From: an uncultured bacterium
GTDB lineage: Bacteria > Krumholzibacteriota > Krumholzibacteriia > LZORAL124-64-63
Assembly: GCA_963732385.1 (NCBI GenBank)
Contig: CAVSZB010000007.1
Span: 352,001 to 416,000, forward strand
Length of the DNA: 64,000 nucleotides
Direction: 5' to 3'
Position numbers and translations under genes: made by a program. Of this stretch, positions 10,207-19,785 are shown in pieces; within the stretch, counting starts at the first letter, position 1; every line of letters begins with the position of its first letter. Under the pieces are notes generated by a model. The model did not search any database and was not told the DNA's origin. It saw nothing but the letters and a program-made list of their open reading frames with translations.

Positions 10207-11529
10207 CTATTTCCTCTCCTCCATGCGCTGCCATAACCGTCGCGTTTCCGCCCTGGCGCGCGCCGCGATAACCCCGGCGTCGAAGAGCGGCTGCCTGTTC
10301 CTGACGATGAATCTTCCCGCGACCATGGTCGATGCGACCAGCCGTGAGCTCATGCCGAACGCGACGTGCCCGGCCACGTTGCCGCTCTCGAGCGGCGTCG
10401 GCGGGTCGTAATCCCAGAACGTCAGGTCCGCCTCGTAGCCGGGCTCGATCCGCCCGAAGCGCCGGCCCGGGAAATAGCGATCGAGGAGCCGGTTGCCGTT
10501 CTGGAGCATTTCGAGGTACGCGTCCATCCAGCGCGAGCCGCCGGCGTCCTTGTGCTTGAAGAAGGCGAAATTGGCCTCCTCGAGCATGTCGGAGCCGATG
10601 CCGTCGGTGCCGAGCACGGCGTTGCGGTACTGGCCTATACGGTCGTTGTAGCCGACACAGTTGTTCATGTTGGAGCGGGCGTTGTGGGCCAGGAAGGAGT
10701 CGCGAGTGTTGACCAGCTCGGTCTCGTCCGGCGTCAGGAACAGGCCGTGGCCGAGGATGGTCCGCGGACCGAGCAGGCCGGCGTCGTCGAGGCGGACGCA
10801 GATGTCCTTGCCGAAGCGGTGGCGCGAGTCGACGGCGTCGTACCGGTCCTCGGCCACGTGGATATGGAGGCCGCGGCCGGTCGAACTGCAGGCCGCCGCG
10901 AGCGCGGCGAGGGTTTCGTCGCCGACGGTGAACGGCGCGTGGGCGCCGATCGCGGCATCGACCAGCGGGGCGGCGCCGGCCTTGCGCCCGGCGTCGACCT
11001 TCCGTGCGAAGCGTTCGTTCTCGCGCACCCCGGCCCGCGCCCCCTCCATCCCGTTGCGGTCGGTCGTCTCGTAGCACAGCACGCCGCGCAGGCCGATGGT
11101 GTCGAAGCCCTCGCGCAGGACGTCGAGCGAGCCGTCGATGAATTCGGGGCTGGCGTGATGGTCGATTACCGAGGTGACGCCGACCATGGCGGCGTCTGCG
11201 GCTCCGGCAAGGCCGCTCGCCCGGACGATCCCTTCGTCGAGGGCTCGGTCCAGGCGCCACCACAGGTTCCGAAGCTGCTGGGCGAAGTCCCGGCTCGGCT
11301 GGATGCCCACCATCAGCCCCCGCGCGAGCGCCGAGTAGAAGTGATTGTGCGCGCAGACAAGGCCAGGGCTGACGTAGCCGCCGGGCGAGAGTCGCTCGGC
11401 TCCGGCGTGCTTCGCCGCGAGTCCCGATCCGACCGCGACGATCTTGCCGCCGTCGATCGCGATGTCCTGCGGCTCGGAGACGGAGCCGGGATGGAAATGG
11501 AGGACGCGGACGTTCTCTACGACGATCAT
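10207..11529 (-). CDS. ssnA: Putative aminohydrolase SsnA (amidohydrolase superfamily)
   Basis: CAHNHFYSALARG, LWWRLDRALD, IDHHASP, HIHVAE, HNARSNMNN, GTDG; ATGA overlap with ygfK. Confidence 0.9.
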   Translation of the reverse strand: MIVVENVRVLHFHPGSVSEPQDIAIDGGKIVAVGSGLAAKHAGAERLSPGGYVSPGLVCAHNHFYSALARGLMVGIQPSRDFAQQLRNLWWRLDRALDEGIVRASGLAGAADAAMVGVTSVIDHHASPEFIDGSLDVLREGFDTIGLRGVLCYETTDRNGMEGARAGVRENERFARKVDAGRKAGAAPLVDAAIGAHAPFTVGDETLAALAAACSSTGRGLHIHVAEDRYDAVDSRHRFGKDICVRLDDAGLLGPRTILGHGLFLTPDETELVNTRDSFLAHNARSNMNNCVGYNDRIGQYRNAVLGTDGIGSDMLEEANFAFFKHKDAGGSRWMDAYLEMLQNGNRLLDRYFPGRRFGRIEPGYEADLTFWDYDPPTPLESGNVAGHVAFGMSSRLVASTMVAGRFIVRNRQPLFDAGVIAARARAETRRLWQRMEERK

Positions 11530-14500
11530 GCCTTGCCTCCGGCCAGCAGGTAGCGGTGCGTATCGTGGATGGTCCTGGCGATCGTCAGCAGGGCGGAACC
11601 GGCCGCGGCCCGGTTCCAGTCCGCGAAGACATGGGTCGTCACAGCGGCCTGCTTGCCCGTCTCGCCGCGCACGACCAGCGTCGGGGCGGCGGCCGGGCCG
11701 GTGAACGCGAAGCCGGCGTTGTTGCTGACGCGCAGCGACGCCTCATCTCGGAACAGGGTCGGTTTGCCCGCGTACGGCTGGCCGTCGTAGGGGCAGAAGA
11801 AGCCGCAGTTGCCGCACTCGTTGCACAGATCGTCCACGTGGACGATCTGGATCGCCTGCGCCAGCGCATCGCCGGAAACGACCGGGAGCGCGATGTTGGC
11901 CCGGTTCGGGCAGACCTCGACGCAGCGCAGGCAGGCGGCATCGCACGCCAGACAACGCTCGGCTTCCCGCCCGGCGAAATCCGGATGGTCGGTCGGCAGG
12001 CCGTGCAGGATCTCCCCGCGCCGCGACAGCTTAGCGTAATCGGGAGCGCCGGGCGCCGACGGCTCGGGCGCCGGCTCGAGGCCGGCCGCGCGGAGGATGG
12101 CGCCGGCGGCGAGTCGTCCATCGGCCACGCCGGCGATGATGCTCGCGGGGCCGCGCCGGGCATCGCCGGCGGCGTAGATTCCGGGCGCCGTGGTCGCCAT
12201 CGTCCGCGCGTCGACGAGCGGGCGGCCGTCCCTGCCGACCTGCGCGCCCAGCCCCTCGAACAGGGTCCGATCGGGGCGCTCCCCCACCGCCGCGATCAGG
12301 AGATCGCACGGCATCTCGCTCACGCGCGGGGTCGGCACCGGAGCGCGTCGTCCCGACGCGTCGGGCTCGCCGAGCTCCATCTCGCGCACGCGGAGCCTGG
12401 GGAGGTCGCCGCCGCAGGCAGGAATGATGCCTTCAGGCTGGAACAACTCGGCGTACGTCACGCCGTCGGCCAGCGCGGCTTCGAATTCCTCGCGGTCGGC
12501 CGGCATCTCGGCGAGCGAGCGACGGTAGAGGATGCTCACGCGGGGCTTGCCGGGCAGTCGCGCTGCGACGCGGGCCGCGTCCATGGCGGTGTTGCCGCCG
12601 CCGATGACGACGACCGCCTGATGACCGTCGAACCCGCCCCTGTACGCGTGGGCTGCGCCCAGGAACTCGAGCGCGTCCACGACGCGCAGGCCCGTGCCTT
12701 CGAGCGGCAGTTCGCGCGGCACCGGCGCCCCGGTGGCCACGACGACGGCCGTGTAGCCGGCCGTCCTGAGCGCGGCGACATCGATCGCGCCCGGGTGGCT
12801 GAAAACGAACTCGGCGCCGAGCGCCTTGATCCGGTCGACATCGGCCGCGATGTCTTCATGGCTGATGCGGAAATCCGGAATCACGTTCGCCGGCACGCCG
12901 CCCGGGTCGGCGGCCGTGTCGAACACGGTCACGGGGTAGCCTTCGAGGGCGAGATAGTGGGCGCACGCGAGCCCCGCGGGGCCGGCGCCGAACACGGCGG
13001 CCTTCCCCTTGCCGGCCACGGGCGCCGGCCTGGCCGGAGGCAGCTGCGCCGCGCGGGCGCAGGCCAGCTTCATCGCCCGGATCTCCACGGATCCTTCATA
13101 GTCGACGCGCGAGCAGGCATACTTGCACTGGTGATCGCACAGGAGGCCGGTGATGTGCGGCAGAGGATTGTCGGCCAGGACGATCGCCAGGGCCCGCTTC
13201 GGATCCCCGGCGGCCAGGGCCTTAATGTAGGCGGGCGGCCGCTGCCCGGCCGCGCAGGCCTCGACGCACGGGGCGGCGAAACAGTCCGTCAGCGGCAGGC
13301 TCCTGCGGATCTTCGCTTCGCCCCGCTTGAAGTCGCCGCGGTAGGCGGAATCCGTGAGCGCCGCGTTGGCCAGCGCCGCGAGCCTGACGGCATCGGGGCG
13401 GGCCGGCACCCCCGCGTCGAGCGCGCGGACCGCCTCGCGGGCGAGCGGCTCGAGCCGCAGGTACCCGCCCGGCTTCAGGATGTCGGTCGCCACGGTCAAC
13501 GGGCCGAGGCCGGCGGCCAGACAGGCGAACGCGTTGTGGGCGCCGGCGCCGCCGCAGTACGAGAACGCCGGCACATCCGGCAGCGCGGCGGCGAGCCGGG
13601 CCGCAAGGCGCGTCGTGATCGGGAACAGCGGGCGGCCCGACATATAGCGTTCGCCGCCCGGCATGCGCGCGCCGTCGTTGACGTTCGCCAGCGTGTTGGA
13701 CAGCTTGACGCCGAAGCGCACCCCCCGCGCGGCCGCCTTGCCCCGCAGTGATGCCACCAGACCCAGGGCCGCGTCGAACTGCAGATCGTGCTCAAAGCCG
13801 GGGCGCTCGATGATGATCCTCTGCCATCCGGTCACATCGAGGATGCCGCGCACTTCGTCGTAGCCCAGCAGGGTAGGATTGAGCTTCACATACGCGTCGA
13901 AGCCCTTCTCTTCCATCAGATAGGCGCCGATGCGCTCGATCTCGGCGGGCGGGCACCCGTGCATCGTCGACAGGGTGACCGAATGCACCGGGGCCGTCGG
14001 CACCGCGCGGACCGCCTCGCGCGCCCGCGCCGCCCCCGCCACCCCGAACGCCTGCGCAAACGCCGGCGCGTCCACCGCGGCCGCGGCCTCGCGCAGCGAC
14101 GTCTCCCAGATCGGCGTGCCGGCCGGCGCGCGCATGCCCTCGATGAAGGCGTCCATCTTCGCGCCCTTGATGCCGTCGAGCGTATAGCCCACCGACAGGT
14201 TGAACATCACGGCGCCTGACCGGTCAGACAGCGCCGCGCGCAACACGTGGATCGCGATCCAGCCGCGCAGGTACTCCGCCCGCGCCTCGTCGAGCAGCAG
14301 CTCCGTCGACCACTCGACGTTGTGCCCCTCGTCGAGCACGTCGATGCACGGCTTCGCGATGTCCAGCCGGTCGTTCTCCTGCACGGTCTTGAGTTCGAAG
14401 ACACGCGATCCCGCGAGCCAGGCGGCAACGAGGTTCGGGGCGATCTGCGTATGGGGGCCGGCGGCCGGGCCGACCGGCAGCCCGATCGTCAGCCCGTTCA

Positions 14501-14648
14501 CAGAGAAACCGGGCGACCGCCTCTCGATCTCCAGGACCCGCCGCACCAGCGCTCCCGGAATGTCATACGCGCCATCGCGCGCCGTCCACTCGCCAACGAT
14601 GCGAGCCATCAGTTCGCTCATCGGGAGCGCTTTCATGATCTTGCTCAC
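11526..14648 (-). CDS. ygfK: YgfK-family Fe-S flavoprotein oxidoreductase (putative selenate reductase subunit)
   Basis: GPAAGPHTQ, ELKTVQ, TLSTMHGCP, KLNPTLLG, YMSGR, GAGPAG, GGGNTAMD, CxxCxxVCPNRAN, CNECGNC; GGAGG precedes GTG at 14648. Confidence 0.92.
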   Translation of the reverse strand: MSKIMKALPMSELMARIVGEWTARDGAYDIPGALVRRVLEIERRSPGFSVNGLTIGLPVGPAAGPHTQIAPNLVAAWLAGSRVFELKTVQENDRLDIAKPCIDVLDEGHNVEWSTELLLDEARAEYLRGWIAIHVLRAALSDRSGAVMFNLSVGYTLDGIKGAKMDAFIEGMRAPAGTPIWETSLREAAAAVDAPAFAQAFGVAGAARAREAVRAVPTAPVHSVTLSTMHGCPPAEIERIGAYLMEEKGFDAYVKLNPTLLGYDEVRGILDVTGWQRIIIERPGFEHDLQFDAALGLVASLRGKAAARGVRFGVKLSNTLANVNDGARMPGGERYMSGRPLFPITTRLAARLAAALPDVPAFSYCGGAGAHNAFACLAAGLGPLTVATDILKPGGYLRLEPLAREAVRALDAGVPARPDAVRLAALANAALTDSAYRGDFKRGEAKIRRSLPLTDCFAAPCVEACAAGQRPPAYIKALAAGDPKRALAIVLADNPLPHITGLLCDHQCKYACSRVDYEGSVEIRAMKLACARAAQLPPARPAPVAGKGKAAVFGAGPAGLACAHYLALEGYPVTVFDTAADPGGVPANVIPDFRISHEDIAADVDRIKALGAEFVFSHPGAIDVAALRTAGYTAVVVATGAPVPRELPLEGTGLRVVDALEFLGAAHAYRGGFDGHQAVVVIGGGNTAMDAARVAARLPGKPRVSILYRRSLAEMPADREEFEAALADGVTYAELFQPEGIIPACGGDLPRLRVREMELGEPDASGRRAPVPTPRVSEMPCDLLIAAVGERPDRTLFEGLGAQVGRDGRPLVDARTMATTAPGIYAAGDARRGPASIIAGVADGRLAAGAILRAAGLEPAPEPSAPGAPDYAKLSRRGEILHGLPTDHPDFAGREAERCLACDAACLRCVEVCPNRANIALPVVSGDALAQAIQIVHVDDLCNECGNCGFFCPYDGQPYAGKPTLFRDEASLRVSNNAGFAFTGPAAAPTLVVRGETGKQAAVTTHVFADWNRAAAGSALLTIARTIHDTHRYLLAGGKA

Positions 14649-14757
14649 CGGGACCTCCATCGGAGATGCTTTGCGAAGCGGATCCTGGCCGGGGCGCGCG
14701 GGACGGAAAAATCAGGAGCCGCGGGGCGCCTCCCGTCGCGATGTCCGGCCGGAGCAG

Positions 14758-14786
14758 ATTGTACCCCTGATGCGACGGCGCGGCCA
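14758..14786 (-). promoter_or_regulatory. Putative sigma70 promoter for ygfK-ssnA
   Basis: TGGCCG-N17-TACAAT. Confidence 0.4.
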
Positions 14787-14850
14787 GCCCGGCACTTTGC
14801 GGGCCGGCGCCGTCCGCGCAACGGTGCGCCGGAACCCCCGACCCAGTCGC

Positions 14851-17800
14851 TCAGAAAGCGCACCGGGCTTCGAGGGCTTTGGCGATCGATGTCGTGAGCG
14901 TTTCCGATCTTACCGGCTTGGTCACGTAGTCGTCCATCCCGGCCTGCAGGCAGCGATCGCGGTCGCCCTCGAGGGTATGGGCGGTCAGGGCGATGATGGG
15001 CAGGTGGCGGATCGCGGTTCTTGAGCTGCGGATCCTGGCGGTAGCCTCGAAGCCGTCCATCACCGGCATCTGGATGTCCATCAGCACGAGGTCGAAAGTT
15101 TCCCTTTCCAACGCGGTCAGAGCTTCCTGACCATTGCCGACCACCGTCACGGCATAACCAGCACGCCGGAGGATTCCGGAGGCGACCTTCTGGTTGAGCG
15201 GGATGTCCTCAGCCAGCAGGATCCGCCGCGCGCTCGCTTCATCGCGCGGGTCATTGCCGCCGGCGCTGACGACGGGGGTCACGACCGCGTCCGGCGCAAA
15301 GACCGGGCGCTCGAGCGGCTGCCCGAGCTCGAACCAGACGTGGAAGCGGACGCTTGTGCCGCGGCCGAACTCGCTGGTGACCGCGATGTCGCCACGCATC
15401 ATCCTCAGCAGCTTCTGGCAGAGGGACAGGCCGATGCCGGTGCCGCCGTGGTCGCGGGTGTACGAGCCGTCCACCTGGCGGAAGCTGTCGAAGATGCTCG
15501 GCAGGTGCGCGGCGGGGATGCCGATGCCGGTGTCGCCGACCGCGAACTCCAGGCAAAGCCGCGGGATGGCCGCGTCGCCGGTCTCGCCGGCAGGGGGTTG
15601 CGCGTCCGGGCGGGCGCCGATGCGGATCGCGATCTCTCCCCGCGTGGTGAACTTGACCGCGTTGCCGACCACCTGCTGCAAAACCTGCTGCAGCCCGTCA
15701 CGGTCGCCCTTCAGGCTGGCCGGCAGGCCGGGGTCGAGTTCCAGCCGCCAATCGAGTCCCTTGGCGCGGGCCTGCGTCTCCAGTGGTCCGGTCGTCTCGG
15801 ACAGCAGGGCGGGCAGGTCGAAGTCGCGCTCGACGAAGTCGAGGCAGCCGGCCTCGATCCGCGAGAAGGCGAGGATGTTGTTCATGATCTCCAGCAGCGA
15901 ATCGGCCGACTCCCGGACGAACTCCAGTTGCTCGCGCTGCTCCGCCGTGAGCTCGGAATCGAGCGTCAGATCGGTCATGCCGATGATGCCGTTCATCGGC
16001 GTGCGGAACTCGTGGCTGATGTTAGCCAGGAACTCGCTCTTGACCTGATTCGCCTGCCGCGCCGCCTCCATGGCGCCGCGCATAGCCTCCTCGGCCCGCT
16101 TGCGGTCGTCGACCTCCCGGCAAAGCGCGGCGTTACGCAGGCGGAAGGAGCGGGTGCGCAGCCGGTGCACCGCGACGAGCAGACCGATCAGGAGGCCCAG
16201 GGCGGCGGCGCGGAACCAGGCGGTCTGCCAGAACGGCGGTGCGATGGTCAGCCGCAGGGTTCGGCCCTCGCTGTTCCAGACGCCGTCGCTGTTGGCCGCC
16301 TTGACCCGGAACGTGTAATGCCCGGGCGGCAGGCCGGTGTAGGTGGCGAAGCGTCGCTGGCCGGCCTGGTTCCAGTCCTTGTCGAAGCCCTCCATCATGT
16401 AGGCGTAGCGGTTCTCCGTCGGTGAGACGAAGTGCAGCGCGGCGAAGTCGAACGCGAAAAAGTTCTGGTCGTGCGCGAGGGTGATGGCTTCGGTGGCGAA
16501 GATGGCTCGCTCGAGCAGGACCCTGTCGCCGTACTTCCTGCCGACGCCGACCGTCTGGTTGAAGAGCTGGAAGCCGGTCAACACGACCGCCGGCGGGTGC
16601 GGGTTGTCGACGATCTGCTGCGGGTAGAAGGCGTTGAAACCGTTGATGCCCCCAAAGAGCATCTCGCCCCCGCGCGTCTGCGTGAAGGCGCCGCCGTTAA
16701 ACTCGTTGCTCTGCAGCCCGTCGCGGACGTCGTAGCTGCGACAGGTCCCGGCGCTGGGATCGAAGCGGGCCAGCCCCAGGTTCGTGCTCAGCCAGAGACA
16801 GCCGCCGCGATCCTCGAGGATGCCGTAGACCGCGTTGCTGGGCAGCCCGTCGCGAATGGTGTAGCTGGCGAACGTTCCGGCCGCGCGGTCGAAGAGATTG
16901 AGGCCTCCGGCGAACGTCCCGATCCAGAGCCGGTCTGACGCATCCCTGTGGATCGAGAAGACATGATCCTCGCTCAGGGTCGTCGAATCGCCCGGGTCGT
17001 TGCGGAAGTGCGTGAACCGTCCGGTGCGGCGGTCGAGGCGGTTCAGGCCGCCCCCCTCGGTGCCGACCCAAAGCGCCTCGCCCACCTCGTCGGGGTCCTC
17101 GTAGATGACGCGCACGATGTCGAAGCTCAGGCTGGCCGGATTGGCGGGGTCGTGCCGGAAGTGCGTGAAGACGCCGGTCCGGCGATCCAGGCAGTCGAGG
17201 CCGCCGCCGTAGGTGCCGATCCAGAGCAGGCCCGCCCGGTCCTCATAGAGCGCGCGGATCCGGTTCTCGGCCAGGCTGCGCGGATCGGCGGGATCGTTCA
17301 GGTAGCGCGTGAACCGGCCGGTGGCGCGGTCGAGGCGGTCGAGGCCGCCGCCGTTGGTGCCGAACCAGAGCTCCGAATCGCGGTCCTCAAGGATGCAGCG
17401 GACGATGTCGCAGCTCAGGGAGGTCGGGTCGCGCGGGTCGTTGCGGTACCTGGCCAACAGGCGCAGATGAGGGTCGAAGCAGTCGATGCCGCCGGTGTGC
17501 GTGCCGACCCAGAGGTTTCCGGACCGGTCCTCCTGCAGCGCCCACACGGTGGGGTTGGCGAGTCCGCCCGGTCCGGCGCGTACGTGAGCGAACGGCTTGG
17601 TCTCGAGGACGGTCTTGCCGACGCCCTGGCTGTAGGTGCCGACCCAGAGGCAGCCGGACCGATCCGCCAGCAGGCTCAGGATTTCGTCGGAGCGCGGCGA
17701 GGCCGGGTCGGCCGGGTCCGCGCGATAGTGGCTGAAGCGGCCCGCACGCGGGTCGAAGCGATCCAGGCCGCCACTGCGGGTGCCGGCCCAGAGAAAGCCC

Positions 17801-18717
17801 AGCGAGTCGGCGCAGACGGCGGTGACCGCGTCCTGGCCCAGGCTGCCCGCGTCGGCCGGATCGTGACGGAACCGGGTCCAGACCCCGCTGCGGGAATCGA
17901 GCCGGTTGAGTCCGCCCCCCTCGGTGCCGACCCAGAGCGCCCCCTGCCGGTCCTGGCAGAGCGCATTGACGGCGTCGGCGCCGCGGCTGCCGGTCGCGCG
18001 CGGGTCGTGCCGGTAGTGTTCGAAGCGCGGGAGCCTGTGGTCGGGCGATCGCGGCGTCGTCGCCGGGACGAGCCGATCGAGGCCGCCGTCGGTACCGATC
18101 CAAAGGGTCCCCTCGCGATCGACCAGGAGAGCGTGCACGCGGTCGTTTGCCAGGCTGCCTGCATCGGCAGGGTCGTGCCGCAGCACCGTGAAGGTGTTGG
18201 TGGCCCGGTCCAGACGGTTCAGCCCGTCGTCGGTGCCGACCCAGACATCGCCGCGCCGGTCCTCGACCACCGCCGCGATGCGGTCATGGCTCAGACTCCC
18301 CGGCATTCCCGGCTTCGCCTGGTAACGGACCGCCCGCCCGGTGGCAGGATCGAAACGGTTCAACCCGCCGTTGAAGGTCCCCACCCACACGTATCCCTGC
18401 CGGTCGACGCAAAGGGCCGTCATGTCGCTGTAGCTGAGGCTGCCGGAATCCTGGGGATCGTGCCGCATGATGTCGAACCGGTACCCGTCGAACCGATTCA
18501 GCCCGTCCTCCGTCCCGAACCACAGGAACCCCCGCGCGTCCTGCGCAATCGCCTTGACGATGCTCTGGGAGAGACCCTGCTCGATGGAGTAGGATTCCCA
18601 CACAGGAGGCGGCGCCTGCGCGAGAACGCACGGCGTCAGGGCCAGCACCGCCGCGATCACGGCCCCGCAAAGCACCCCGAAAGTCGCCAGCCTCCCCTTC
18701 GACGCAGACACCCCCAT
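14851..18717 (-). CDS. Hybrid sensor histidine kinase/response regulator with periplasmic beta-propeller and Y_Y_Y domains
   Basis: Repeated D-x-x-G-x-LW-x-GT-x-x-GGL blades; YAYMMEGFD...YTGLPPGHYTFRVKA; TM helix; SHEFRTPMNG; DTGIGI, GTGIGL; REC DLVLMDIQMP. Confidence 0.95.
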   Translation of the reverse strand: MGVSASKGRLATFGVLCGAVIAAVLALTPCVLAQAPPPVWESYSIEQGLSQSIVKAIAQDARGFLWFGTEDGLNRFDGYRFDIMRHDPQDSGSLSYSDMTALCVDRQGYVWVGTFNGGLNRFDPATGRAVRYQAKPGMPGSLSHDRIAAVVEDRRGDVWVGTDDGLNRLDRATNTFTVLRHDPADAGSLANDRVHALLVDREGTLWIGTDGGLDRLVPATTPRSPDHRLPRFEHYRHDPRATGSRGADAVNALCQDRQGALWVGTEGGGLNRLDSRSGVWTRFRHDPADAGSLGQDAVTAVCADSLGFLWAGTRSGGLDRFDPRAGRFSHYRADPADPASPRSDEILSLLADRSGCLWVGTYSQGVGKTVLETKPFAHVRAGPGGLANPTVWALQEDRSGNLWVGTHTGGIDCFDPHLRLLARYRNDPRDPTSLSCDIVRCILEDRDSELWFGTNGGGLDRLDRATGRFTRYLNDPADPRSLAENRIRALYEDRAGLLWIGTYGGGLDCLDRRTGVFTHFRHDPANPASLSFDIVRVIYEDPDEVGEALWVGTEGGGLNRLDRRTGRFTHFRNDPGDSTTLSEDHVFSIHRDASDRLWIGTFAGGLNLFDRAAGTFASYTIRDGLPSNAVYGILEDRGGCLWLSTNLGLARFDPSAGTCRSYDVRDGLQSNEFNGGAFTQTRGGEMLFGGINGFNAFYPQQIVDNPHPPAVVLTGFQLFNQTVGVGRKYGDRVLLERAIFATEAITLAHDQNFFAFDFAALHFVSPTENRYAYMMEGFDKDWNQAGQRRFATYTGLPPGHYTFRVKAANSDGVWNSEGRTLRLTIAPPFWQTAWFRAAALGLLIGLLVAVHRLRTRSFRLRNAALCREVDDRKRAEEAMRGAMEAARQANQVKSEFLANISHEFRTPMNGIIGMTDLTLDSELTAEQREQLEFVRESADSLLEIMNNILAFSRIEAGCLDFVERDFDLPALLSETTGPLETQARAKGLDWRLELDPGLPASLKGDRDGLQQVLQQVVGNAVKFTTRGEIAIRIGARPDAQPPAGETGDAAIPRLCLEFAVGDTGIGIPAAHLPSIFDSFRQVDGSYTRDHGGTGIGLSLCQKLLRMMRGDIAVTSEFGRGTSVRFHVWFELGQPLERPVFAPDAVVTPVVSAGGNDPRDEASARRILLAEDIPLNQKVASGILRRAGYAVTVVGNGQEALTALERETFDLVLMDIQMPVMDGFEATARIRSSRTAIRHLPIIALTAHTLEGDRDRCLQAGMDDYVTKPVRSETLTTSIAKALEARCAF

Positions 18718-18874
18718 GCCCCTCTCCCGTTCCGGTTGCAGCCCGACATCAGCCCTTCCGCAGGCCCGATGATTCCTGTTGGAATTTCGGTCGGAATGCG
18801 AATTGCGTTAGCCGAAATAAAAGGGCTGATCAGTTTCCAGAGGGATCGTCCAAAGGGGCAGGGCGCGGCAGAGA

Positions 18875-18900
18875 GCCTCCCCCTTGGGAGGCCCTCATCG
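18875..18900. repeat. 26-bp palindromic intergenic repeat, copy 1
   Basis: GCCTCCCCCTTGGGAGGCCCTCATCG; 25/26 identical to 19722-19747. Confidence 0.8.
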
Positions 18901-18954
18901 CCAAGGACGGGCCGGGAGGCCCGCCCGCGCTTCACCGCGTGGAGGCGTTGGCGG

Positions 18955-19587
18955 TCAGAAGCCCACCCCGACCGTGACCAGCCAGCCGTTGTTCTTGGCG
19001 GAGGCGCTCACGTCGGTGTCCGGCCAATCGGTCATGGCGAGCGTGTAGCGGACGTCGAAGGTGAGCGTGCTGCTCGAAAGCGCGAAGTCGAGCCCGCCGC
19101 CGAACGCCACGCCGAAGTCGAAGCCCTTCACCTCGTCGGACACGTCCGTCGAGGCGTCTTCCCCACCCGCTTCCACCTTCAGGTCAGCGGACATCTTGAT
19201 CGACCCGACGGGGCCGGCAAAAAGGTTCGGCCGGATGCTGCCTTCGGTCGGGAAGCGGTACTTGAGGAGGACGGGGATGTCCAGGTAGTCGAATTTGAGG
19301 GTGGCCGTGACGCCGCCCTCTTCGTACTTGGCGCCCTTCTGGACGTAGAGCAGTTCCGGCTGCAGAGCGAGGTTCGGCCCCAGCGCGAAGGTCAGGAAGC
19401 CCCCGGCCCCCAGTCCCATCCTCGAGTCGGGCGAAACCCCCTCCATCTCGTTGTCACTGCCGCCGAACGTGTACATCGACAGGCCGAGCTTGAGCCCCTT
19501 GCCCACCAGGCCCGTCTCCTGCGCCGCCGCCACTCCCGCCATCAACGCCACCGCCAGCACCGCCACGATAGCCAGGCACCGTTTCAT
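18955..19587 (-). CDS. Outer-membrane beta-barrel porin-family protein (PorT/OMP_b-brl_2-like)
   Basis: Signal peptide, LQPELLYVQKG, YLDIPVLLKY, FAGP, C-terminal VGVGF; RBS GGAGG. Confidence 0.85.
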   Translation of the reverse strand: MKRCLAIVAVLAVALMAGVAAAQETGLVGKGLKLGLSMYTFGGSDNEMEGVSPDSRMGLGAGGFLTFALGPNLALQPELLYVQKGAKYEEGGVTATLKFDYLDIPVLLKYRFPTEGSIRPNLFAGPVGSIKMSADLKVEAGGEDASTDVSDEVKGFDFGVAFGGGLDFALSSSTLTFDVRYTLAMTDWPDTDVSASAKNNGWLVTVGVGF

Positions 19588-19721
19588 CCCTGCACCTCCG
19601 TGTTTACGGATCCCCCGATCAGCAGCATCCCTGCCGGGACGCCGATCGCGAACCGAACATATACCGGAGTGTCATTCCGCCCTCTGCGGCGGGCAAGCGG
19701 TTTCTCGACGTGTGTCGGCGG

Positions 19722-19747
19722 GCCTCCCCCATGGGAGGCCCTCATCG
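19722..19747. repeat. 26-bp palindromic intergenic repeat, copy 2
   Basis: GCCTCCCCCATGGGAGGCCCTCATCG; 9-bp GC stem. Confidence 0.8.
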
Positions 19748-19785
19748 AACATCCTACCCGACGATCGCGCCCCGATCGATGCGGG

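Noticed and set aside
10670..10680. TGGAGCGGGC match to the tRNA-Gly 3' end as an att site
   Set aside because: Only about 11 bp, inside the intact ssnA CDS, and no integrase present
11526..14660. Selenocysteine readthrough in ygfK
   Set aside because: The ORF is continuous with no internal TGA
18873..18900. CGATGAG plus stem as a hammerhead ribozyme core
   Set aside because: Not CUGAnGA, and no GAAA after the stem
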